Shown here in pieces: positions 28,460-43,080 of a stretch of 64,000 nt of DNA (positions are counted from its first letter, which is position 1; the number at the start of each line of letters is the position of its first letter). Location: contig NC_042998.1 of NCBI RefSeq assembly GCF_006345805.1, positions 82,584,001 through 82,648,000 on the forward strand, in the 5' to 3' direction. The translations under genes were made by a program, and so were the position numbers. This stretch comes from Octopus sinensis (Eukaryota). A model generated the notes under the pieces. It saw only the letters and a list, made by a program, of their open reading frames with translations, did no database searches and was not told the DNA's origin.

Positions 28460-29599
28460 GTGAGTGTGTATACACATCACTCATCTAACACAAAAGCGCG
28501 CGCTTACACATATTTAGAAAGGTGTCAAATAATATTTACTTAAACGTCCGTTTTCTTTTTTAATTAAATTTTAAACTTTTGCTGAGTTAATATCTTAAAT
28601 TAATAAATTAACAATAATTGTTTCTCCAGTTGCAGATCCGAGTCTGCATTGATCGGTTAAAAATACAATAATAGGAATTCCAGTTGTGATTATTTCGTTT
28701 CACATTGAGGCATAGTGTATCTAGGGTAACGTTAACCAACGTTACTTTCTTTTTAAAACGGGTTAAGAAATGGTTTGACCGAGAATTAGCTGAGTAGGGG
28801 CCAACCAAACTCTTGACCCTTTCATGAAATCATTAAAATTATAATTAAGGAAATTTTTCTAAAAACAATAATTATTTCGTACTATTGTGTCATTACCGCG
28901 TTTGAATGCTATTAAAAAAAAGAATTATGAAGACATTTTACAGGGGCACTTGTGTGATTAAGAACCTTCCATCCCAGTCTCATTTCGTAGCACCTTGGGT
29001 GTCTTCTACCACAGTACTACAGCCCCGGTCCGATCAAACTTCATGAATGGATTTAGTAGATAGAAGCTGAAAGAACCCAGTCACATATGCGGATTGCACC
29101 TAAGGATTTATGGATTTATTTCTTAAGCATTAGAAAGTTGAACTGTGAAATTTTATGATTCTTTTTTTCTCTGTCTTCATCTCCTTATTCCTTTACTCCT
29201 ATCCTCTATGTCGTCATTTCATTAATCTACAGCCTTCTTATTTTTCCTATTTGTCTCTGATGACGGAATATCTTATATTCTGGGATATCCCAAGAACAGC
29301 TGTAAGACTGAATTTATTTCCAATAATAAGAATGTATATGACTTGAGATATTTGCCTTACCTCAACGTTTGTTGTCCTCTTTAACAATTATATAAATATA
29401 TATATATAGAGAGAGAGAGAGAGGGGGGAGAGAGACAAATAGAGAGAGGGAGAGAGAGAAAGAGAGGAAATTTATAGAAAAACAGAGACGAATACAGGTG
29501 TATGAACAACAAGCAGGTGTATTAGTTTGACGCTCGGGAAATGTATGTATGTATGTATGTATGTATGTATGTATGTATGTATGTATGTATGTATGTTAG

Positions 29600-29667
<68 letters not shown>

Positions 29668-29889
29668 TATCTTCTTAAGTATTAGAAATAGCTGAAGAAT
29701 TTTCTTTAGCTGCTATTTCTAATGAGTTCAGTATGTGGCAAAGTAATTTATTTTACTAAGCCTTATATATAATGTAATATTTTGAATTCGCCTATAATGG
29801 TCCCTTTACATACTGAACACTTGGTGAAACTGATTAATAATTAATTAATTTTACCCTCAATTGTTGAAATATATATATATATATATATA

Positions 29890-30153
29890 AAACATTATTG
29901 GTGAATTGAAGAAATGGAGCTGAACGCAGATTGAACAGAAAAATGAAATAAAACGATTTCTGTTCAATCTGCGTTCAGCTCCATTTCTTCAATTCACCAA
30001 TAATGTTTAATTTCAATTATCCGCACCAACGCACGGTTGCACGCCAGATGGTTGTACCTCCAACCGTGCTGTTCACTGCTGTGATTTTGCTACTAAGGTA
30101 TCGGTTAAACTTTTGATTAATCTACTACAAGATTATTCATCTTTCTATTTCAC

Positions 30154-30158
<5 letters not shown>
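29890..30158. mobile_element. Perfect 52-bp inverted repeat (29890-29941 / 29957-30008) with one-sided ~150-bp tail, in (TA)n
   Basis: AAACATTATTGGTGAATTGAAGAAATGGAGCTGAACGCAGATTGAACAGAAA and its exact reverse complement around a 15-nt spacer. Confidence 0.9.
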
Positions 30159-30215
<57 letters not shown>

Positions 30216-30502
30216 CATATATCTATATCTATATGTATATGTATATATAAGAATGCATGTTTCCCACCACCGCTTGACAATCGTTGTTAGTTAGTTTATG
30301 TCTCTGTAACCAAGCGGTGCGGCAATAGAGATCAACAAAATAATTACGGGGCTTAACAAATAAGTACTAAGGTTGCGTTGTCCGACTTAAGCCGTCAAGT
30401 CTGTGCCACAGCACGGCTGAGGTCTAATGACTGAACGGAATAGAACATAACCGATAAATGTTAAAGGAGATTTAAAAAGATCTATAAAAATTCATGAATA
30501 TT

Positions 30503-31284
30503 ATATTGATACGGGTGGAATATCAAAAACTTGGATAGCCACATGATAACACTGAGATCAATATTGACCATTTTGTCGACTCCGATCGTCCTCTGATTGG
30601 TTTAAAATAGTTTAGTTATCACTGCAGTCTCCGTCGATAATTGGGCTTAAATCACAAGATATATTGATATAGGTAGAATATCGACACCATGGATAACCAC
30701 TGAGATCAATATTGACCACTTTATCGGCTCCGATCGACCTCTGATTGGTTTAAAATGGTTTAGTTATCACTGCAGTGTCCTTCGATAATTGGACTTAAAT
30801 CACAAGATATATTGATACAGGTGGAATATCGACACCATGGATAACTACGGAGATCAAAATTGACCACTTTATCGGCTCCGACCGACCTCTAATTGGTCGA
30901 TAAAGATTTTAAACCAACCCGATCGACCTCTGATTGGTTTAAAATGGTTTACTTATCACTGCAGTCTCTGTCGATAATTGGGCTTAAATCACAAGATATA
31001 TTGATACAGGTGGAATATCGACACCATGGATAAACCCTGAGATCAATATTGACCACTTTTTCGGCTCCGATCGACCTTTGATTGGTTTAAAATGGTTTAG
31101 TTATCATTGCAGTCTCCTCCGATAATTGGGCTTAAATCACAGGAAATATTGATTCGGGTGGGACATCGACACTTTGGATAATCACATGATGACACTGAGA
31201 TCAATATTGACCCCTTTTTCGACTCCGATCGACCTCTGATTGGTTTAAAATAATTTAGTTATCATCGCAGTCTCCTCCGATAAT
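30503..31284. repeat. Minisatellite, ~148-bp unit, about 5 copies
   Basis: ATATTGAT unit starts at 30503, 30661, 30809, 30998 and 31146. Length variants come from internal insertions. Confidence 0.9.
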
Positions 31285-31879
31285 CATAGGAAGTAATTTT
31301 AAATGCAATAATCTTTTTTATAAGAAATACTAAATTTACGGATTCAAACATTTGTATTCTAGAAAAGCCAGAACAAAGCATGAAGATAACTGTTTCCTTA
31401 CAAGATACATTTTGAGAGAGGTCTTTTCTATTCATTCATAATTATAACCTTCGGAATGTTTACTCAGACATAGAGTAATAGTGATTAAGAGAAGTTTAAT
31501 GTCTTTTCGAATGTTATAGAAACAATTTTTGGCAAAAAGATTTCTGATCTTTATCACTAAACAAATAACTAAAATGGATAACTAAAATTCGCTGCAGCAG
31601 CTGTCATTATCCAGTGGCAATGATATCTTCATATTCTGGTTGAATAGGCGTTGTTTTTCAACCCGCTCTATTCAATTCCAATTAGAGAAGACCCCCGGAG
31701 AATTGATAAAATACCATTCACATTTGTTATAATGAGAACAAAAAAAATGCTCTTCGATGGAATAAGAATGGTTACAACAACAGCAACAAGGAGGATTTCA
31801 AATGATTTCAAATTTTGGCACAGTGCTAGCAATTTCTGAGGGAAGAGAGTAAGTTAGTTACAACGATCTCAACACTTGA

Positions 31880-31975
31880 ATGATACTTATTTATTTTATC
31901 AACCTCGAAAGGATGAAAAGCAAAGTCGACTCGGCGAAATTTGGACTCAGAACGTAAGGGCGGACAAAAGGTAAC
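31880..31975 (-). mobile_element. SINE fragment (family with GTCGACTTTGCTTTTCATCCTTTCG..GATAAAATAAGTA central block)
   Basis: Homologous to 36915-37140 and 48280-48462. Confidence 0.55.
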
Positions 31976-32001
31976 TAGCGATACTGCAAGATCACAACCT
32001 A

Positions 32002-32114
<113 letters not shown>

Positions 32115-32170
32115 TAATAATAATAATGATAATAATAATAATAATAATAATAATGATAATAATAATAATG

Positions 32171-32225
<55 letters not shown>

Positions 32226-32226
<1 letters not shown>

Positions 32227-32390
32227 GTACGATGCGCTCTGAGAAGAGAGAAAGTATAAGCCACATTGTTAGTGAGTGTTCTTAGCTCGCACAACACGAA
32301 TATAGGAGACACGAGAATGTGGCCAGATATGTCCAATGGCTGTTGTGCGGTAAAACAAACCTGGAAAGAGCCGAATAATGGAATAAACAC
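32226..32390 (+). mobile_element. R4/Dong zinc-knuckle fragment directly after (GAT)n(AAT)n
   Basis: ESISHIVSECS-LAQHEYRRHENVARYVQWLLCGK. Confidence 0.7.
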
Positions 32391-32876
32391 AGGCTATACG
32401 GAGTAATGGAAAACGAACATTACAAAATACTATGGTATTTTAACATATAGATGATTATTTTAACATGAGATGATTTTGAAAATGAGAATATTTGATACAA
32501 GCTCGACTGCTCTCACAAACGAGAATGCTGAACCGCGACTGCTCTCAAAAATGAAGTTAAAAAAAAAGAAAAATAATACAGAACCTTTGTCCCAAAATCT
32601 AATCCTTTCATGCCAGTCACAAGACCAAACATCTCCGAAAGTTTCATTCAGCGGTTCTTGAGATATCTTGTCCACGGACAAACAAACGCACAAACAATCA
32701 AGCAAACACGACTGAAAACAATACCTCTACTGGGAATCGAAACCACGATCTCGCAATCATAAGTGCAGCACCCTGACTACTAAGCTATGCCCCTTATGCA
32801 CGCACACACAGGCACGCAAACACACACACGTATATATTTATGTGTATAAATAAGCATGTATATATCTATGTATATA

Positions 32877-32913
<37 letters not shown>

Positions 32914-33663
32914 TATATATATATATACATATATATATATACATACATATATATGCATATATGTGTGTGTGTCTGTATTCTTTTATATGTTTCAGTCCAA
33001 TGACAGTGGCCATGCTGGAGTACCGCCATTGTATGTATGTATATGTACATGTATATATGTACATGTATACATATAGATCAATAGATATATGTATATACAC
33101 ACACTCACACACTCACTCACGCACACACATACACACACATATCTCGACTCTCCCGTCGCTGACACGTGACGAAAGATAATCTGTCTTTCTGCCCAAAACC
33201 TTCGAAAAGAAAGGACGTGCTTATACTGTCTCCTTCATATACTCGTCGTCCTCGCGTTCAGAATATTGTTTCTATTGTCTCGGCATAACAACCCTCAACG
33301 TTTGCTTTTACTGATTTGTTTTCATCGTTATTTTTTTACTATTTTGTTCTCACTGTCCCGTTCTTGTTACCAATTGCACCCTCTGCAAAAGATTCCAAAT
33401 TTTATTTAATTTGCTTTGCGGGAAGGATTGTTACAAGGAAGTCGCGTCTTGTCCTTGCCTTCGAAAACGTGGAGTAGATGAAACAGGAACAACTGAAGAA
33501 GGCGAATATTCTTTATAGTGTATGTCTCGTTTCTCTCTTCGATTGTTTTTTTTTCGTTGTTCGAAAAAGAGTTCGTTTCTATGTTTTTGTTTTTATGTTT
33601 TTGTTTCTCATGGTGTTCAACGTTTTTTTTTTTATGTCCTGTAGCTATATATGCATTATGACG

Positions 33664-33736
33664 CGGTCACTGATGAAAAGTTCGCCTAGCAAATTATTTT
33701 ATTTGCTAAAACAATTTAGAAACCTAGGTCTGACCG
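33664..33736 (+). ncRNA. Type I hammerhead motif with extended stem II and GUC site
   Basis: CGGTCA-CTGATGA-[AAAGTTCGCC TAGCAAAT TATTTT ATTTGCTA AAACAATTTA]-GAAA-CCTAGG-TC-TGACCG. 6-bp stem I, palindromic stem III ACCUAGGU. Confidence 0.65.
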
Positions 33737-33896
33737 GAATAATGTTACAAGGTAAAAGATTTTATTTTTCATTCCTTTTGAAGATTTCTCTTAAATGTGG
33801 TTTTGGTCGTTTTGACTACTTCTTCTAGCGTGTAAAAACTCCTGTTGAAGGCAGTTTTCTCTTGTGTTTAAATGTACACTATTTTATATATATATA

Positions 33897-35301
<1,405 letters not shown>

Positions 35302-36914
35302 TGATACATACACGCATATATAGTTGTGTGTATGTGTGTTTATATGTTGACGTGGATGTTTCTATTTTTATAAAGATGGCAGTGCATTGATAGTAAAACG
35401 GAAGATTAGATTTAGATATATCAACAGAAATACTTAGATAACTCAGATCTTTAATATTCCTTAAGATTCGCCTATCAAACCTGCAGGGTTTGATACGTAA
35501 TCATTCATAATTTAGAGATAGAGTTAAGACGATCAACAAGCTAGTGAAACCTTTGAAAATACTTTTGGGAGAATTAGTAACTCTGATTCAGTAATTCTTC
35601 GAAGAAAATTCCTGATATACATATTAAATTTTTCCTGACTGGCATAGCAGTGATTTGTCAGTTTGAATAAAAGATTGTGATACCTCAGTAATGTATAATG
35701 TACTATCGAATTTCTGGAATGAAACAAAAATAAAATATCTTAGAAAACGATATAGAATTTCGTTTTTAAGTAACTGTTAAATATGTACCTTCAATATATG
35801 GATTTCTTCTCATGGATGAAGCTGTATGAATGTATTTTACAGGTTTATACTTTCAGGAAACTCTAAGCACATACAGCCGCCATTTAACTCCTTTGCTAAA
35901 TGGGGAATAAAACGTTATCTTTATAATTTTGAAGTCTTTCTGATTTTTTTTTCAAGTAAGCTGCATTTAATGCATAATAAATTGAAACTTATATGATAAA
36001 TTGTTCTGTCTTGCTGTGACACACAACAGATCGGTGCTCCATACTCTAAGACAACTTTGGTCTGTATTTGGTGTTATGTGTCTATTCCATGATATTGTAA
36101 AGATATCGTTGAATTCCTGGTTTTTATTTAGCTATCAATAGAAATTGTTATATCAGAACTAGTTCCCCTCCATCGATTCCCTCAACAGTGGGCGAGTGGA
36201 ACACAGCTAACATATCACCGTTCTACTATATCAGTACAAGTATTCATAATTTGTACTCACCTGAAATTAATACAGCACTAACCAACCGTTCGTTCTCTCT
36301 CTCTCACACACACACAAACACACACACACACACACATACACACATACACATACATATATATATACAATATCTTTTCCATATTGTTAAAGACTGTTAAACT
36401 CAGCTTCCATATTAATACATACCCCATGTTATGAATGTTGTTTTTCCTCACCTCTTAAGTATTTATAACGAGATTTTTTAATGCTCATTACATTATGTTC
36501 ACACCAGTTTAACTCTTTTTGTTTGTGCAGATAGTGCCTCTGAGCAATTTATCCCTGTGATTTAAAAAAAAATATCATGCTATTTGTTAACGCTTACTCA
36601 TATAATATTTTACCTGTTAGCCTTCTTCTAGCGCACAACATGGACGCCGAGAGAATCTCACGAAACCGCATTATGACTAAACTTGTTTTCCGTACTTTCG
36701 ACTACATTTAAATTGATGCGCGGGCGTGTGTATTTCCATGTGTGTGTGTGTGTGTGTGTGTGCGTATTTCCGTGTGTGTGTAATGACTTCAAATCTATCC
36801 AAGCGACACGTTATACATAGAAATAAAGTTTTAGAATATAACTCAATATTATAATTTTGGGGATATACAGAATGTCTCATAATGCTTGAACATAATTTTA
36901 TTCATAATACTTGT

Positions 36915-37140
36915 GGTTTACTTAAGGCGTCGAGCTGACAGAGTCGATAACTCGCCGGGCAAAATACCTAGCGGCATTCCAGCCGTCTTAACGTTTTGCG
37001 TTCAAAATCCTCCCAGGTCAACTTTGCCACTCATCCTTTCGCGATCGATAAAAGAAGTACCAGCGTTCAACTGAGGGTCAGTATAATCGACTTACCCACT
37101 CGGCCGGAATTGCTGGCCCTGTGCCAAAATTTGAAGCCAA
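36915..37140 (+). mobile_element. tRNA-derived SINE (third family)
   Basis: GGCGTCGAGCTGACAGA..GCGTTCAAAATCC..GGTCAACTTTGCCACTCATCCTTTCG..GATAAAAGAAGTACCAG..GGCCCTGTGCCAAAATTTGAAG. Confidence 0.65.
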
Positions 37141-37348
37141 TGTTATAATATTTGAGACAAACAGGCTGTCTCATAATCATTTATCATAGTTTGTTGGTAA
37201 TAAATATGTTTCAAGCAGTCCTTGTTACTCGCACTTGATAAAATATGCGCTTATCATTATGGTTTCGTTGTTGTAGGACCCAACACTCAGCCAAATATAG
37301 GAGTACGTCCTCATCAATGAAACATCCCCAGGCCATTATGGAGACGTG

Positions 37349-37429
<81 letters not shown>

Positions 37430-37855
37430 TGTATGTATGTATGAATGTATGTATGTATATATGTATGTATATTGATAGGTAAATGGATTTTTAAGTATAC
37501 AGATAGATAAGCAAATAGATAGGTATACAGGTAATACGGACAGACAAGCACACACAGACACACACATACACCCATACATACACAAAAGAAGACTGAAACA
37601 CATGACCATATACACACACGCACACTTCACACACACACACTTACACACACGCAAGGGGACATATGGAGACATACATCCATGCATAACAGACTCACGTACA
37701 TAGTCACACAATCCCATACACATAGTCACACTCAAACATGCACAAAAAGGAGATAGAAGTACACACACATACATATCTATATGCATACACACACACGCAC
37801 ATATACATACATGCATACATACATACATACATACATACATACATACATACATACA

Positions 37856-37884
<29 letters not shown>

Positions 37885-37886
<2 letters not shown>

Positions 37887-39540
37887 CAATGTCACTCATA
37901 ATTTCTTTGTAGACGGCCTGAAGATTTATGCTAAATGTGTAAACAATGCCTAAACACATCTGGTATTAATAATATTTTCAGCTGATATAGGCATGGAATT
38001 TAGCCAAAACAAATGTACATATTTGGTTATAGAACGAGGAAAGTCAGTACCCCAAACCCCATACTTGTGCATCGGTGGTCTCTATATCTCCCCCATTCCA
38101 CACAATGAAAGTTACAAGTACTTCGGTATAGACGAAAATGTATCATTTAAAGGCACTGTGAATAAAGTTATAGTGACCCGAGAATATTATACTAGACTTA
38201 GGAAAATATGTCAGTCACAACTCTCCGCTTACAACAAAAGAATATCCCACAATGCATTTGCAGTATCAGTGCTGATCCCAACATTTGAGATACTTGATTG
38301 GTCTGAAGAGAAAATCCACTCCATAGATATCAAAACCCGCAAAATCCTGACAACTGGGAACTTCTACAGAAACAGTGATGTTGATAGGCTCTACCTAAGA
38401 AGAAATGAAGGTGGTAGAGGCCTGAAATCAGTGCAGACGGCCCTCGAATACCGTATAGCATCACTCAAGCAGTACCTGCTAAACAACAACAGCAAAAATA
38501 AATATATTAGTGCAGTCCCGAAAAGTGAAGTTAGCAACATTGTACGAGTTGGCAGTGAACTCTTTAAGAAACACTCTTTTCCTGGTGATCTCCAAAACAG
38601 AGAGGACCTTGATGGATAGCACTCAGCATACAAGACAAAAGACCATGCATAGGTATGTTGCCCGGAAGCTTGAAGAAGACAATAGAATTGACACGAAGTG
38701 CAGCCTCTCTTGAACACAAGACCACTGTTTCACATCACACTTTGAAGGCTATGCGCTTGCAATCCTAGATCAAAAGATTGCCACAAAGTACCTGGTGAAC
38801 AAGAGAGACAGTGATGCTCTTGTAATACCAAGGTACCCATTTGATTAGCAGCTGTCCTAAAATGTTGTCACAGTACTACCTCTCTATGTGACACGATGTT
38901 GTTGCTAGAACAATTTACAATGCCATCCACAAGAAAGACTGTCCTGAAATAAACTTAGAAAATCCCTCTGTTATGGAATACATTCATAAGCACCAACTCA
39001 AGGAATACTGGTGGAATATCCCCATCAAAACTTCTGTCAAATGTAAGCATAACAGGCTGGATATTGTTTGGGACAGAGGAGCAAAGGTATGTTCCATCAT
39101 AGAGGTTAGTTACCATGCAGATATAAATATCTCTTTGAAAAACAAAGAAAAAGAGGATATATCTGGACAACTGCTTCGAAACCTCCAGCTTTTATATTTC
39201 CAGAATATGGATTCAGATTCATACCAATAACTGAAGCACTAAGTTTTGTTAGTAAATATTTAAAGGAGAATGTGGAGAAACTGGGATTTTCAGAAAGAGA
39301 AATCGACCAGCTGATTCGTACATTACAAGTCCAATCTGTGAGTGGAACCGTAAAAGTTTGCAAGACTTTTCTCAAGTTCCAAATGCAAATTTGTCTGTGT
39401 TAACTACATCCCAAAGATGGAGCCTTGTATCCTTGTTGGAAACCGGCTCGCTCCTCAGTGGTAGGTTTATAATAATTAAAAATATAGAAGACATACAGTG
39501 TGGATGTGTATACACATGCACACTGACGCAAACACATGTG
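37885..39540 (+). mobile_element. 5'-truncated, decayed R4-like RLE LINE, directly after (CATA)n
   Basis: FVDGLKIY (RT motif 5), YKYFG, DVDRLYLRRNEGGRGL, WWNIPIKT..HNRLDIV..IIEV (RLE domain), QVQSVSGTVKVCKTFLKF. Stops and frameshifts. Confidence 0.85.
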
Positions 39541-40404
39541 CACAAACAAACAATCAGAAAGAACGCAGTTCCAATAATGGACAAAGTCAACGACTACTGA
39601 AGAGATTGTAAGACGCAACGAAAATTTTAGAAAAAATAAACAAGTAAATTAGTGGAAATCGAACCCGTGGGTGTGTTAATTAATAAGGCATTAAAACAGA
39701 ATTATTCACTCCAGACACAATAGAATTATTATTATGCGACACGCTCTATATTATACTGTTAGAATTCATTTTAATAAAGATTAAGAATAGGAAACCTCTA
39801 AAACTAATGTAATTTCTACGGTTATTAAACCAATTATTATTTAACGTTTTGCATATATTTTAAACTATAAACATAAAATATAGTTCGGGTTTAATTAAAA
39901 ATAGCCTTAGCAAATTACTGAAGTTAATGAGTCTCGATTATTAAATTATATAATATAATGACTTGACTGACGAATAGTTAATCTATAGGTGTATCTGAAA
40001 TTGCTCTTTTATCGTCTATCTTTGGCTTACCTCAATCATAAGACTGCAGCCATGCTGGAGCACTGCCTTGAAGAATTTTAGTCGACCCCAGTGCTTTTTA
40101 AAGCCTGGCACTTATTTTATCGGCTTCCTTTTGCAGAACCGCTGAATGACGGGGAGTTGCACACTTCAATACAGGTTTCCAGGCGGTGGTGAGGACAACC
40201 ACAGACACAAAGACACACACACAGATACATACGCATACGCGCACACATACACAGACACGCCCGCACGCACACATACATACTTATACCTACATACACACAC
40301 ACCTACCCACACACGCCCACATACACACATACACACACGCACACACATCGACAGACACAGGTATACAAACATGCGCGTGCGCTCGCAAACACACACGCAC
40401 ACAC

Positions 40405-40620
40405 AAATACTTTTGTTCTTTTACTTGTTTCAGTCATCAGACTGCGGCTATGCTACAGTACCGCATTTAGTCTAGCAAATCGACACCATAACTTATTCTT
40501 TGTAAGACTAGTAGTTAATCTGTCGGTGTCGTTTGGCGAACTGCTAAGTTACGGGGACGTAAACACACCAGCATTGGTTGTCAAGCGCTCTTGGGGGGAC
40601 GAACACAGATACATAAACAT
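40405..40620 (-). mobile_element. 3' module of the composite SINE
   Basis: TTTTACTTGTTTCAGTCA..ACTTATTCTTTGTAAG..GCTAAGTTACGGGGACGTAAACACACCAGCA. Confidence 0.75.
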
Positions 40621-40622
40621 AT

Positions 40623-40672
<50 letters not shown>

Positions 40673-40769
40673 CGGGAAGGTTTACGAAAATAAACAAAAG
40701 ACGAAGGCAGGTGGAATACAAACAAACAAATGTATTAGTATGGCGCTCATGAATAGAAATAGAAAAAGT

Positions 40770-40805
40770 CTTTTACGTTTCGAGCCTACGCTCTTCGACA
40801 GAAAG
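40770..40805 (-). ncRNA. Minimal hammerhead motif, A6U core variant, otherwise perfect
   Basis: rc CTTT-CTGTCGA-A-GAGC-GTAG-GCTC-GAAA-CG-TA-AAAG. Palindromic ACGU stem III, GUA site. Confidence 0.6.
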
Positions 40806-41389
40806 ATACACAGAAAAAACAAGGAGAGGAAAAAATGCGTGTAGGAGCTAACGATCTATCATGGCGTCCTGACTTCGGGCAGTAGTCAGACGCTATATGG
40901 ACAGTAGGGGAGATAACAGGGTCAAGTGACTTCCAAAATGAAGGTGCCCCCAACACAAAGGTGCGTGTGTGTATAAGAGAGTATGTATGTGCGTGTGATA
41001 GAGGGCTGGTGGTCTGGACGTGTGTGTGTATGTATGTGTGGGTTTGGATATGTGGGGATGGGTGTGTGGGTGGTGTGTAGTGATGTGATATGTGTATGTA
41101 TGTGTAGGTGTAAAGATGTGGGGATGGGTGTCTGGGCGGTGTGCTGTGGGTGGTGTGTTGTGATGTGATGTGTAATGTTGTATGGAGTAGTGTAGTGTGA
41201 TGTGGGGAGGTGGAGGAGGCGAGAGTGGGGAAAGCCCAGGTGGGGTGTGGGTTCGACTGGGGGTTGGGGTAGAGTGGGGGTTGTGGGGAGAGCAAGAGGG
41301 GGAGAGAAGAGAGGGGAGGAGAGGAGAGAGGAGGAGGAGGAGGAGGAGGAGGAGGAAGAGGAGGAGAGAGAGGAGGAGAAGGAAGGAGG

Positions 41390-43080
41390 CGGGTTCCGAG
41401 TCGGCGTCGTCCGCCCACAAGCGATATTCCTCATTGAGTCCCTCCAGCCTACGTATCACGGGCAACGTTATGGCCTCCACAGCTATCTGCGGAGGCCATT
41501 CGGGTTCCTGTGTGAAAGTTAAAGATATTCCCTTATATTGTTTTCCCACTACCTTTTATATATGTGTGTGTGTGTGTGTGTGTGTGACGGGATTCTTTCA
41601 GTTTCCATCTACCAAATCCACTTACAAGGATTTGGTTGACCCAATGCTATAGTAGAAGACACTTGCCAAAGGTGCCACGCAATGGGACTGAACTCGAAAT
41701 CATGTGGCCGGTAAGCAAGGTAATTTATTTCAAAATATTTTGTGGGCTGGACAGAAACATTGATGAGATGATTGATGAAATAAAATGATATTAATGAAAA
41801 ACAAAAAACACCAGCCGATTTTTTGCTTCTCTCAAACATTATTTTTTTACACAAAAAACAAACCGTTTTATTGAACCGCTTACTTTAGTTTTACAATTAT
41901 TGGACTTAATAGTCCATTTACAAATTGAAACATTATTATTTTTACATAAAAAATCAAAACGAAGCATTGAAACTCTAACTTCCCTTTTTACAATTTTTGG
42001 ACTTAATAGTCCATTTACAAATTGAGGCGTTGAGCCTATTACACACTTAATCATTATAACACTGAGGCTTTTCAACCTCTTGTCAGCTTTCCTCCCCAAC
42101 ATCGATTGTGCCCGTATACTCCGCCATCACCCACGCCTTATTTAAAACCAAGGCGGGTTCCGAGTCGGCGACGTCCGCCCACAAGCGATATTCCTCATTG
42201 AGTCCCTCCAGCCTACGTATCACGGGCAACGTTATGGCCTCCACAGCTATCTGCGGAGGCCATTCGGGTTCCTGTGTGAAAGTTAAAGATATTCACTTAT
42301 AGTGTTTTCCCACTACCTTTTATATATGTGTGTGTGTGTGTGTGTGTGACGGGATTCTTTCAGTTTCCATCTACCAAATCCACTTACAAGGATTTGGTTG
42401 ACCCAATGCTATAGTAGAAGACACTTGCCAAAGGTGCCACGCAATGGGACTGAACTCGAAATCATGTGGCCGGTAAGCAAGGTAATTTATTTCAAAATAT
42501 TTTGTGGGCTGGACAGAAACATTGATGAGATGATTGATGAAATAAAATGATATTAATGAAAAACAAAAAACACCAGCCGATTTTTTGTTTCACTCAAACA
42601 TTATTTTTTTACACAAAAAACAAACCGTTTTATTGAACCGCTTACTTTAGTTTTACAATTATTGGACTTAATAGTCCATTTACAAATTGAAACATTATTA
42701 TTTTTACATAAAAAATCAAAACGAAGCATTGAAACTCTTACTTCCCTTTTTACAATTTTTGGACTTAATAGTCCATTTACAAATTGAGGCGTTGAGCCTA
42801 TTACACACTTAATCATTATAACACTGAGGCTTTTCAACCTCTTGTCAGCTTTCCTCCCCAACATCGATTGTGCCCGTATACTCCGCCATCACCCACGCCT
42901 TATTTAAAACCAAGGCGGGTTCCGAGTCGGCGACGTCCGCCCACAAGCGATATTCCTCATTGAGTCCCTCCAGCCTACGTATCACGGGCAACGTTATGGC
43001 CTCCACAGCTATCTGCGGAGGCCATTCGGGTTCCTGTGTGAAAGTTAAAGATATTCACTTATAGTGTTTTCCCACTACCT
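41390..43080. repeat. ~762-bp tandem duplication, 2.2 copies (LINE ORF1 piece + AT-rich segment + SINE body)
   Basis: GGCGGGTTCCGAGTCGGCG starts at ~41388, ~42152 and ~42914. The copies are nearly identical. Confidence 0.9.
42348..42481 (-). mobile_element. CORE-like SINE body lacking its first ~28 nt
   Basis: rc begins CTTGCTTACCGGCCACATG..GTTCAGTCCCATTGCGTGGCACCTTTGGCAAGTG. Duplicated at 41587-41719. Confidence 0.75.

Noticed and set aside
30503-31284. Regularly spaced repeats superficially like a CRISPR array or retrozyme multimer
   Set aside because: The whole unit repeats, with no unique spacers; eukaryotic context, no cas genes and no HHR core.
32585-32730. Segment resembling non-autonomous Helentron/DINE-like repeats
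   Set aside because: Only a partial resemblance from memory. Diagnostic termini were not identifiable.
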